DNA of 36,752 nucleotides from Bacteroidota bacterium. Lineage in GTDB: Bacteria; Bacteroidota; Ignavibacteria; SZUA-365. The notes beneath the pieces are model-generated. The model worked only from the letters and a program-made list of their open reading frames with translations. It ran no database searches and was not told the DNA's origin. Positions 8,322 through 16,277 of this stretch are shown one piece after another. The stretch spans positions 1 through 36,752 of the forward strand of contig JAGTUW010000033.1 in NCBI GenBank assembly GCA_018224345.1. The letters are read 5' to 3'. A program made the translations under genes and the position numbers. Each line of letters opens with the position of its first letter. Position 1 is the stretch's first letter.

Positions 8322-10001
8322 ATGGCGACCTCAGAAAACCGCTTTCGATATCTGCGCAACGCGCGAAGGGTTTCCCAGGGACTGTTCTTTCTCCTGTTCA
8401 TGGTGCTGTTACTGCAGACCAATATCGATGCGCTGGATTCGCCGGATGAATTGCCGCAGATATCCGCACCGGTGGATTTCTTTCTCGAAATCAATCCCCT
8501 CATTGCCGTGACGACTGTGTTGTCCACACACACACTGTATCGCAATCTGATACTGGCTGTCGTTCTTATTGTCGCCACATTGTTCCTCGGAAGGTTTTTC
8601 TGTGGGTGGGTGTGTCCGATGGGGAGTATCAATCACGCCCTCGCCGCGATCAAGTCGCGACGCATGAAGGGTCGTCATCGTATCGGGCAGAATGCATGGA
8701 AACCATATCAGCGATGGAAATACGGTATACTCGTTGTAATGCTGGGTGCCGCGCTGGCAGGTTCTGCACTGGCAGGACTGCTTGATCCTATCTCTCTGCT
8801 GACCCGTTCGATGGCGCTTCTCGTACTGCCCGCCTACAATGTGTTGACGCAGGATGTCTACAGCTGGAGTCTGCACGCACAGCTCGGCGCATTCGACTTT
8901 CTGCTGACACCTGTTTCCTGGGTGACCTATGCCACGTTGATACGGGCCGAGCAGGTCGTGTTTCATCACACATTTCTGATACTGTTGTTGTTCGTCGGTA
9001 TTCTTGTCGCCAATCGCTTCATCACGCGTTTCTGGTGTCGCGGACTTTGTCCCCTGGGCGCATTGCTCGGCGTGTTCTCCAAGGTATCCATCGTCAGCCT
9101 CGAAAAACGCACGGCGCTGTGTACGGACTGCAACCGTTGCGCATTGCATTGTCAGGGAGGAGACAATCCGAAGCCGGGTGATACCTGGCATAAAACCGAA
9201 TGTCATCTTTGCATGAATTGCGTGGCAAGCTGCCCCGAGGCGGGAATCGCCTTCCGCTTTTTCCCGCAACGCGAGCAGACCACAACAGCGGTCAACATTT
9301 CCCGTCGCGCCGTGCTCGCCTCGGCGGGGGCGGGGATGCTGGCGATTCCTGTTCTCCGCACCGCAACGCATCCTGATCGTCCTTCAGATCCGACACTCGT
9401 CAGACCACCGGGGTCCCTGCATGAACGGGAGTTCCTCACTCGCTGCATCCGATGTGGAGAATGCATGAATGTCTGCCCCAACAACGCCTTGCACCCGACG
9501 TTCATGCAGGCGGGCGCCGAGGGGATATGGTCGCCCATGCTGATTCCCCGTATCGGGTATTGTGAACCCACCTGTGTGCTGTGTTCGCAGGTCTGTCCTA
9601 CCGGGGCGATTGATGAAATTACTGAGGAAGAAAAGGCCTGGGTGCCGACTGCCGGCAAGCAGGAAACCGACGGACCGCCAATTCGCATCGGAATTGCGTT
9701 CTATGACACCGGGCGCTGCCTCCCGTACGCCATGGCAAGGGAGTGCATTGTCTGTGAAGAATGGTGTCCGACGACTCCCAAATCAATTTATTTCGAAGAA
9801 GTGGAGCAGCGTGATCGAGACGGAAACTACATGTATCTGAAGCTTCCGCGCGTGGATCCCGGGATTTGTGTGGGATGCGGTGCCTGCACCTTTGCCTGTC
9901 CGGTGAAAGGTGCGCCCGCAATTTATGTCACTCCTGTCGGCGAGACGCGCAATCCGCAGAATAGGATTCTTCTGGAAGATCAATCACCCGGGAGGCAATG
10001 A
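8322..10001 (+). CDS. Membrane polyferredoxin: NapH/MauN-like membrane domain fused to a NapG/MauM-like ferredoxin
   Basis: Membrane part has RFFCGWVCP and RFWCRGLCP plus CTDCNRC..C and CHLCMNCVASCP. Internal SRRAVL + TM. Then RPPG, CIRCGECMNVCP, CEPTCVLCSQVCP, C...ECIVCEEWCP and CVGCGACTFACP. Confidence 0.88.
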   Translation: MATSENRFRYLRNARRVSQGLFFLLFMVLLLQTNIDALDSPDELPQISAPVDFFLEINPLIAVTTVLSTHTLYRNLILAVVLIVATLFLGRFFCGWVCPMGSINHALAAIKSRRMKGRHRIGQNAWKPYQRWKYGILVVMLGAALAGSALAGLLDPISLLTRSMALLVLPAYNVLTQDVYSWSLHAQLGAFDFLLTPVSWVTYATLIRAEQVVFHHTFLILLLFVGILVANRFITRFWCRGLCPLGALLGVFSKVSIVSLEKRTALCTDCNRCALHCQGGDNPKPGDTWHKTECHLCMNCVASCPEAGIAFRFFPQREQTTTAVNISRRAVLASAGAGMLAIPVLRTATHPDRPSDPTLVRPPGSLHEREFLTRCIRCGECMNVCPNNALHPTFMQAGAEGIWSPMLIPRIGYCEPTCVLCSQVCPTGAIDEITEEEKAWVPTAGKQETDGPPIRIGIAFYDTGRCLPYAMARECIVCEEWCPTTPKSIYFEEVEQRDRDGNYMYLKLPRVDPGICVGCGACTFACPVKGAPAIYVTPVGETRNPQNRILLEDQSPGRQ

Positions 10002-12118
10002 TGAGACAGAAGGCAGGGCAGAAGAGGCTACGGAAGGAATTGCGATTGTTCGATGTGTTTGCCATCGCTACGGGTGCCACGTTGAGTGCGGGGTTTTTTA
10101 TTTTGCCGGGGATTGCGGCTGCACAGGCCGGACCAGCGATGATACTCAGCTACCTGATCGCGGCGATTCCGCTGATCCCCGCGATGTTCTGTACGGTAGA
10201 ACTTGCCACGGCAATGCCACGCGCAGGTGGCGCATACTACTTTCTGGACAGGACACTCGGTCCTGTCACGGGAGTCATCGGTGGGCTGGGATCCTGGTTG
10301 TCGATGATACTCAAAGTGGCATTCGCACTTGTCGGTATGGGCGCCTACATCGCGTTGTTCTTTCCACAGTTGCCGATTATTCCGGTTGGCGTTTCCTTCG
10401 CGATTGCCATTGCATTGCTCAACATGTTCGGTACGGGGAAGAGTGGACGTCTGCAGGTGCTGATGGTGCTCGGTCTGCTGCTGATACTGCTCCTGTTTAT
10501 CGGTGATGGCGTCATGCATGTTCAGGCGGATTACTTCGAAGGCTTTTTCGATGCAGGGACCGCGAACATTCTTTCCACTGCCGGTCTCGTGTACATCAGT
10601 TATGCCGGTGTCACGAAGGTGACCAGTCTCTCGGAGGAAATCGAGAATCCTGAACGCAACCTGCCGCGCGGGATTTTTCTCGCACTGGGTACCGCGCTGA
10701 TCATGTACGCACTCGGGACGTTGGTGATGGTCGGTGTCCTCCCCATGAAGGAACTTGCCGGGAGTCTGACACCGGCAGCAGCGGCGGCGGAACGCATATT
10801 CGGCCGTCCCGGAATCATCATTATTTCCATCGCTGCATTGGCGAGTTTTGTTTCCGTGGCCAATGCCGGGATGCTCAGCGCATCACGTTTTCCGTTGGCT
10901 ATGGCACGAGATCACCTGCTTCCACGTGTTTTCTATCGACTCGGAGCGCACGGCACTCCTGTTGTATCGATTCTGACAACACTGGGTATCACCGTGCTGA
11001 TCATTGTCTTTCTCAAACCCGTCGGTATAGCAAAGCTTGCGAGCTCGTTTCAACTTCTGATGTTCGCCCTGATATCACTTGCGGTCATTGTCATGCGTGA
11101 GAGTCATATCGCTTCCTATGACCCTGGCTACAAGACACCCTGGTATCCGTGGACCCCGTTGATCGGTATTTTTACACCCATCGTACTGGTTGTGAAAATG
11201 GGATTACCGGCGATTCTTTTCACCGTGGTACTCATCGCCAGTGGTATCGTCTGGTATGCCTTCTATGCCAGGGGCAAGACGGCGCGGACAGGAGCGATTT
11301 TTCATGTGTTCGAACGTCTCGGACGCCTCCGGTATCGTGGGCTTGACTCCGAATTGCGTGGCATACTCAAGGAAAAAGGACTGCGTGAAGACGATCCTTT
11401 CGATCAGATCGTCGCACGCAGTATGGTTATCGATATCAAGGAGTCGGTGGAATTCGAGGATGTCGTCGGTCGTGTCTCCCTCTGGCTCTCTCATGTGATC
11501 CCGCATACATCCCGCGAGATCGCACGGCAGTTTCTCGAAGGCACACGTATCGGAGCCACACCGGTCACACACGGGGTCGCCCTCCCGCATTTGCGTGTGG
11601 CCGGACTCACCGAAGCGGAGATGATACTGGTGCGCGCGCGCCAGGGGGTGCACATCGCGTTCAACAACCCGCTTACCGGACATGATGAGGAGGAGAACGT
11701 CAGCGCAACGTTTTTCCTTATAAGTCCGGAAAATGATCCCGGTCAGCATCTCCGGATTCTGGCGCAGATTGCCGGGAGGGTGGACGATGACAACTTCATC
11801 CGGATCTGGGAATCCGCCGAATCCGAACAGGAACTCAAGGAAGCGCTCCTGCACGATGAACGTTCGGTCGCACTCAGTGTCCGGCGGAACGATGCAACTG
11901 TGGTGTTGATGAATCACTCCCTTCGGGATATCGATCTGCCGGAAGGCTGTCTGGTTACATGGCTGCGCCGGGGTGAACAAGTGATCGTCCCCCGCGGCAG
12001 TACCGTCATCCATGAAGACGACCGCCTGACCATTATCGGTGACCCGCAGGCGATCCGCCATGTCCGTGAAACCTATCTGCAAGGAAAGAGAGGGAAACAC
12101 CGGCGTCCAAAACAATAA
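9998..12118 (+). CDS. APC-family amino acid permease fused to PTS EIIA (Ntr/Fru-type) and TrkA-C (RCK_C) domains
   Basis: LRKELRLFD...GATLSAGFFILPG, ELATAMPRAGG.Y and SEEIENPERNLPR with about 12 TMs. EIIA motifs GVALPHLR and HLRILAQIA. C-terminal LRDIDLPEG..V..LRRG..VIVPRGST.I...DRLTIIG. ATGA overlap with the upstream gene. Confidence 0.88.
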   Translation: MMRQKAGQKRLRKELRLFDVFAIATGATLSAGFFILPGIAAAQAGPAMILSYLIAAIPLIPAMFCTVELATAMPRAGGAYYFLDRTLGPVTGVIGGLGSWLSMILKVAFALVGMGAYIALFFPQLPIIPVGVSFAIAIALLNMFGTGKSGRLQVLMVLGLLLILLLFIGDGVMHVQADYFEGFFDAGTANILSTAGLVYISYAGVTKVTSLSEEIENPERNLPRGIFLALGTALIMYALGTLVMVGVLPMKELAGSLTPAAAAAERIFGRPGIIIISIAALASFVSVANAGMLSASRFPLAMARDHLLPRVFYRLGAHGTPVVSILTTLGITVLIIVFLKPVGIAKLASSFQLLMFALISLAVIVMRESHIASYDPGYKTPWYPWTPLIGIFTPIVLVVKMGLPAILFTVVLIASGIVWYAFYARGKTARTGAIFHVFERLGRLRYRGLDSELRGILKEKGLREDDPFDQIVARSMVIDIKESVEFEDVVGRVSLWLSHVIPHTSREIARQFLEGTRIGATPVTHGVALPHLRVAGLTEAEMILVRARQGVHIAFNNPLTGHDEEENVSATFFLISPENDPGQHLRILAQIAGRVDDDNFIRIWESAESEQELKEALLHDERSVALSVRRNDATVVLMNHSLRDIDLPEGCLVTWLRRGEQVIVPRGSTVIHEDDRLTIIGDPQAIRHVRETYLQGKRGKHRRPKQ

Positions 12119-12230
12119 CATCCTCTCCGTTTCAATATAAAAAACAGCCCGGTACTGCACGGCGTCTTGAGGCAGCTGTTCTTCCCGGTTTATCCCACAG
12201 TATTTGCCACAACAGACAGGAGCACAACTC

Positions 12231-13043
12231 ATGAACAACTTTCTGGCGTATCTCGAACAAACAGTGCGCCTCTACGCGATGGATATCGTCCTTGCCATCG
12301 TCATTGTCATTCTCGGACGCTGGGTGGCGAAGGCGGTGGTAAAGCTTGTTGAACGCATCATGACGAAGCGGGAGATTGACCCTATGCTGGGGCGTTTTGC
12401 CGGCAGTCTGGTGTTCGCTCTGCTCATGGCCGTGGTCATCATTGCTGCGCTCGGCCAGCTCGGGATTGAAACCACCTCCCTGGTCGCTATCGTCGGTGCG
12501 GCGGGACTGGCCATTGGCCTGGCGCTGCAGGGCTCACTCGCGAATCTTGCCGCGGGGGTGATGCTGATTGTGTTTCGTCCATTCAAGGCAGGAGAATACG
12601 TCGAAGCGGGCGGTGTCTCAGGTACCGTCAATACGATTTCCATTTTCCACACCACACTGATAACACCCGACAACAAACGTGTGATTCTGCCGAACGCCCA
12701 GATCACATCGGACAGCATCACCAACTACACGGCCGAGGACAGACGGCGCATCGACATGGTATTCGGTATCGGCTACGGTGACGATATCAAACGGGCCAAG
12801 GAAGTGATCGATGCAGTCCTGTCTGAAGATGAGCGCATTCTCAAGGACCCTGCTCCCACGGTTGGCATCATGGAGCTTGGATCCAGCAGTGTCGACTTTG
12901 TCGTCCGCCCCTGGGTACGCACTTCAGATTACTGGAGCGTATTTTTCAGTCTCAATGAACAGATGAAATTGCGTTTCGACGCTGAAGGCATCAGTATTCC
13001 CTTCCCGCAACGCGACGTACATCTCTATCAACATACAGGTTGA
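12231..13043 (+). CDS. mscS: Small-conductance mechanosensitive channel
   Basis: GAAGLAIGLALQGSLANLAAG, RPFKAGEYV, PNAQI..NY and GISIPFPQRDVH. ATG at 12231 follows a CAGGAG RBS. Confidence 0.93.
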   Translation: MNNFLAYLEQTVRLYAMDIVLAIVIVILGRWVAKAVVKLVERIMTKREIDPMLGRFAGSLVFALLMAVVIIAALGQLGIETTSLVAIVGAAGLAIGLALQGSLANLAAGVMLIVFRPFKAGEYVEAGGVSGTVNTISIFHTTLITPDNKRVILPNAQITSDSITNYTAEDRRRIDMVFGIGYGDDIKRAKEVIDAVLSEDERILKDPAPTVGIMELGSSSVDFVVRPWVRTSDYWSVFFSLNEQMKLRFDAEGISIPFPQRDVHLYQHTG

Positions 13044-13049
13044 ATCCAC

Positions 13050-13072
13050 TACGCAATTTGCGTATGTTTTTT
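13050..13072 (+). terminator. Palindrome TACGCAA-T-TTGCGTA followed by a T-run (weak mscS terminator or sodB operator)
   Basis: Perfect 7-1-7 inverted repeat followed by TGTTTTTT, 6 nt after the mscS stop. Confidence 0.35.
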
Positions 13073-13116
13073 ATGAAGCCATCATTGTGCTCTTACCAAT
13101 ATCCACGGAGGATTCC

Positions 13117-13707
13117 ATGGCCTTTCAGCTCCCTGAATTGCCTTTTTCAAAGGACGCGCTCACACCGTTTCTCAGTCCGGAAACCTTTGATTATCATCAC
13201 GGCAAGCATCATGCCGCGTATGTAAACAATGCGAACGGCCTGGTTGCGGACACACCGTATGACAACATGACACTTGAAGCCGTCATTCGTACCGCCGCCG
13301 CAGAGAAGGCGACAGGATTGTTCAACAATGCCGCGCAGATCTGGAACCATACGTTTTTCTGGAATTGTATGTCGCCATCGGGTGGTGGCGCTCCCGGAGG
13401 ACGGATCGGTGAACTGATCACACGTGATTTCGGAACATTCGATGCATTCAAAAAACAATTCACAAAAGCTGCAGTCACGCTGTTCGGTTCCGGATGGGCC
13501 TGGTTGACTGTCGATGAGAGTGGCAGTCTCGAACTTCTGCAATTGTCGAATGCGGACACCCCGATTGTGCACAACAAGACCGCGTTGCTGACTATCGATG
13601 TCTGGGAACATGCCTATTACATTGACTATCGCAATGCACGTCCCAAATTTGTTGAAGGCTTCTGGGATGTCGTCAACTGGCAGCATGTCAATGACATTCT
13701 CGGCTGA
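13117..13707 (+). CDS. sodB: Superoxide dismutase, Fe-type
   Basis: HHGKHHAAYV, FNNAAQIWNHTFFW (Fe-type Gln position), FGSGWAWL, SNADTP and DVWEHAYY. ATG at 13117 follows GGAGG. Confidence 0.95.
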   Translation: MAFQLPELPFSKDALTPFLSPETFDYHHGKHHAAYVNNANGLVADTPYDNMTLEAVIRTAAAEKATGLFNNAAQIWNHTFFWNCMSPSGGGAPGGRIGELITRDFGTFDAFKKQFTKAAVTLFGSGWAWLTVDESGSLELLQLSNADTPIVHNKTALLTIDVWEHAYYIDYRNARPKFVEGFWDVVNWQHVNDILG

Positions 13708-13711
13708 GCTG

Positions 13712-13740
13712 TTGTTGCGACAGTCCGCAACAATTTGTCT
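13712..13740 (+). terminator. Probable intrinsic terminator of sodB
   Basis: 8-bp stem TTGTTGCG-ACAGTC-CGCAACAA followed by TTTGTCT, just after the stop codon. Confidence 0.5.
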
Positions 13741-13920
13741 CTGACCCTTTGCCCAGGACCCTGGATGTGGGCGCTGTCACTCAGGAAAACCCCGCTACGC
13801 CCCTGTCTCCGGTCCCACCGGTCGGTTCAGGTGCCCAAGTATGTGGCAGAAAGGGCAGATCATCAGCACGCACGGAGTTCTGTACGCACAGGTGCGTATT
13901 GGCTGTGCGCGGTCATGCTG
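13740..13920 (+). ncRNA. Candidate structured RNA: a ~120-nt irregular rod plus a ~57-nt hairpin; family not identified
   Basis: Nested pairings TCTG-A-CCCTTTGCC/GGCA-G-AAAGGGCAGA, GGACC/GGTTC, GTGGG/CCCAC and CAGG/CCTG. Second hairpin CAGCA/TGCTG, CGCACGG/CTGTGCG and TACGCA/TGCGTA. G-U pairs favour the + strand. Confidence 0.3.
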
Positions 13921-13943
13921 TCCAGTGATATACGCAGAGGTTG

Positions 13944-14873
13944 TTATTTCCTCAATTTCAGTCTGTAGGCGGCACCCAGGCCGATAAAGAAGTCGCTGTG
14001 GGCAATGGAGGAATAGGCGGGTTGTAATGAAGTCGCGCCGGGTTGTCCTATACCGAAGCCGAGCAGGGCATCGATGATCAGATCCTCGTCGAGGGCGAAG
14101 GCGAGGCCGGCATTGACAATGTGCAGCACCGGATCATGCGCATGGATGTGCATACCGTATTCGAAGAAGAGATTCATCCGTGTATCGAGATCGAGGGCGA
14201 GCATCGCGGAGGCATAACCCATGGGAGTGGGTGTGAAACCGTCCCATGAGAGTCCGCCGCAATAACCGAGAGACAGATCGGCAGCGGGAGTGTGGGAAAA
14301 GCTCATCGCGATATCCGGTGCAGGCTGGGCGATATCGAACCAGGATGAGGCCGATGAAGGCAGCGCCACTGAAACAAGGAAGGCCGATTCCGGAAACCAG
14401 CCGCGTTCAGACGAAAGTTTTGTCTTGATTCCGACTGAGAATACGTTCAGTCCGGAAGCTTCATCTTCCTCAACAGTCCCGGATCTTCGACCGCGCGCGA
14501 AATACTCTGGATCATAGCGCCAGGAATTTACCATATACATCCCTGCAAGGCGCAGTTCTACACCTTCCCGGATTCCAAGACGCAACATCATCGCAGGTAC
14601 CTGCCAGACCATATTATTGAACACCTCACCACCGTCGAACGTCCCTTCCACGCGCGCAGGCGTAAACGACGCGCGATCCATTGACAGACCTCCCTCGATA
14701 TGCAGATACCCTGCCCCGGCCACCCCGGTGCTCCAGGTCTGCCCGGGACGTTCCGGGACGAACATGCTCTGCTGTGCCGCAAGCGGAAATGTGAAGCTGT
14801 ACATGGAAAGGGCGAGCATGATACAAAAAACGCAGCGCTGGTGGATTCGGGTCATCGGAATGTAAGGTCGCAT
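13944..14873 (-). CDS. Outer-membrane beta-barrel 'transporter' (Phenol_MetA_deg/COG4313-like)
   Basis: Signal peptide ending PLAAQ; ERPGQTWST...G..HIEGG family-like N-terminus; LRLGI.EGVELRL; alternating amphipathic strands; terminal FIGLGAAYRL. The start is uncertain (14873 or 14855). Confidence 0.7.
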   Translation of the reverse strand: MRPYIPMTRIHQRCVFCIMLALSMYSFTFPLAAQQSMFVPERPGQTWSTGVAGAGYLHIEGGLSMDRASFTPARVEGTFDGGEVFNNMVWQVPAMMLRLGIREGVELRLAGMYMVNSWRYDPEYFARGRRSGTVEEDEASGLNVFSVGIKTKLSSERGWFPESAFLVSVALPSSASSWFDIAQPAPDIAMSFSHTPAADLSLGYCGGLSWDGFTPTPMGYASAMLALDLDTRMNLFFEYGMHIHAHDPVLHIVNAGLAFALDEDLIIDALLGFGIGQPGATSLQPAYSSIAHSDFFIGLGAAYRLKLRK

Positions 14874-14884
14874 ATCTGTTCCAG

Positions 14885-15130
14885 AAAAATGGAATTGAAC
14901 AATGTGCAAGAAATAATCAAAGGAAAAAACCATTGAAGAAAAAAACACTTAAGAAAAAACCACAAAATCACTAAATCACGAATAAAGAGCACGAAAAGGG
15001 TTGCAGAGCGCTCCTTATTCCATAATAAGCGCTCGAGAAACTTTTTGTGTCTTGCTGTCTTCGTGCCTTCGTGTCCAAAAAGCGGACAGCGCAGATTGTT
15101 CACCCACACTGACCCACACTGGACCCACAC
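14885..15130. repeat. A-tract-rich segment, long imperfect inverted repeat built from CACGAA-like units, and a short GACCCACACT triplication
   Basis: Left arm CACAAAAT-CACTAAAT-CACGAAT...GCACGAAAAG (14961-14998). Centre hairpin GAGCG-CTC-CTTATT-CCAT-AATAAG-CGCTC. Right arm CTTTTTGTGT...TTCGTG-CC-TTCGTG (15041-15073). ACCCACACT occurs three times at 15102-15131. Confidence 0.55.
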
Positions 15131-15138
15131 TTTCCACC

Positions 15139-15167
15139 TTGTATTTTCACGTGTACAGTGCTACATT
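15139..15167 (+). promoter_or_regulatory. Candidate sigma70 promoter for the PHP-purF operon
   Basis: TTGTAT-N17-TACATT, ending 31 nt before the ATG at 15199. Confidence 0.5.
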
Positions 15168-15198
15168 TTCTTTTTGTACACGATGCGGCTTTTCGCAT

Positions 15199-16263
15199 AT
15201 GCACGAATATATCGGCGCGGTTCACATACATTCACGATACTCGGACGGGACGGGGGATATCCCCGATATCGTGCATGCCGCTGCGGAAGTGGGTTTGGAT
15301 TTCCTCATGCTCAGCGACCACAATACTCTGCGTCCGAAACAGGATGGCTGGGAGGGCTGGCGTGAGAATGTCATGCTTCTGATCGGCTACGAGATCAATG
15401 ACCGCGAAGACAAAAATCACTATCTCGCGTTCGGACTCGATAAATCAGTCGGTGTGCGAATCACCGCGCAGGAGTATGTGCGGCGGGTGCGTGAGCAGGG
15501 AGGCATCGGTTTCATCGCGCATCCGGACGAGCAGCGGAACAGCATGCCCGAACATCCGCCCTATCCCTGGCTCGCATGGGATGCGACAGAGTACGATGGT
15601 ATTGAAATCTGGAATCATATGAGTGAATGGATGGAGGGTCTCACCGATGAAAACAAATTCCAGCGTTTCATCCACCCGCTGAAATCCATTACCGCGCCAC
15701 CGGACATCACCTTACGTCGCTGGGACGAACTCGCGCGCTCGCGACGTGTCGTCGGTATCGGCGGCACCGACGCGCACGCGCACAAGGCTGACGTCATGGG
15801 TTTCTTCGATGTCGAAGTCTTTCCCTATAAAGTCATGTTCAAGTCCGTGCGTACACATGTCCTTCTCGACGAACCGCTTCGCACAGGCGATGATGCATTG
15901 TTCGAAACGGATAAATGGCGGTTCTATGACGCATTGCGCGCAGGCAGATGCTTTGTCGCCAATGCAAATCATGGCGAAGCACGCGGATTTTCCTTTTATG
16001 GCACTTCGGCAGAGGAGACGCTGTTGCCGGGAGACTTTGCAGTCTATCCGGGAGAAGGTCGTATCGCATTGCATGTGGAACTCCCGGTCAAAGCCCGTCT
16101 TCGGGTACTCTGCAATGGAAGCGTGGAAAAGGAACTCGTTACTGATGAATACTCTTTTGGTGCATCCGCCCCCGGCGCATGGCGCGTCGAAGCCTGGCTC
16201 AATGACAGGGGCTGGATTTTCTCCAACCATATACGACTCGGCTTCGCTGACGGTACCTGCTGA
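15199..16263 (+). CDS. PHP-domain metallohydrolase (CehA/McbA-like)
   Basis: HIHSRYSDG, SDHN, GYE, HYLAFG, IAHP, EIWN, GTDAH and a C-terminal WIFSN.I. The start was moved from 15001 to the ATG at 15199. Confidence 0.85.
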   Translation: MHEYIGAVHIHSRYSDGTGDIPDIVHAAAEVGLDFLMLSDHNTLRPKQDGWEGWRENVMLLIGYEINDREDKNHYLAFGLDKSVGVRITAQEYVRRVREQGGIGFIAHPDEQRNSMPEHPPYPWLAWDATEYDGIEIWNHMSEWMEGLTDENKFQRFIHPLKSITAPPDITLRRWDELARSRRVVGIGGTDAHAHKADVMGFFDVEVFPYKVMFKSVRTHVLLDEPLRTGDDALFETDKWRFYDALRAGRCFVANANHGEARGFSFYGTSAEETLLPGDFAVYPGEGRIALHVELPVKARLRVLCNGSVEKELVTDEYSFGASAPGAWRVEAWLNDRGWIFSNHIRLGFADGTC

Positions 16264-16277
16264 TCAGCACAACGGCT

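Noticed and set aside
7222-12238. 320-361-aa antisense ORFs over the DUF362, polyferredoxin and permease genes
   Set aside because: Antisense shadows with no independent evidence.
13735-13968. 77-aa plus-strand ORF after sodB, and assignment of this region to SRP RNA, a TPP riboswitch or a tRNA
   Set aside because: The ORF has a TTG start, no RBS and no motif. The SRP GGAA-loop consensus, the ordered TPP motifs and a cloverleaf were not found.
15001-15198. 66-aa N-terminal extension of the PHP ORF
   Set aside because: It covers the hairpin element and the predicted promoter. The conserved PHP motif begins right after the ATG at 15199.
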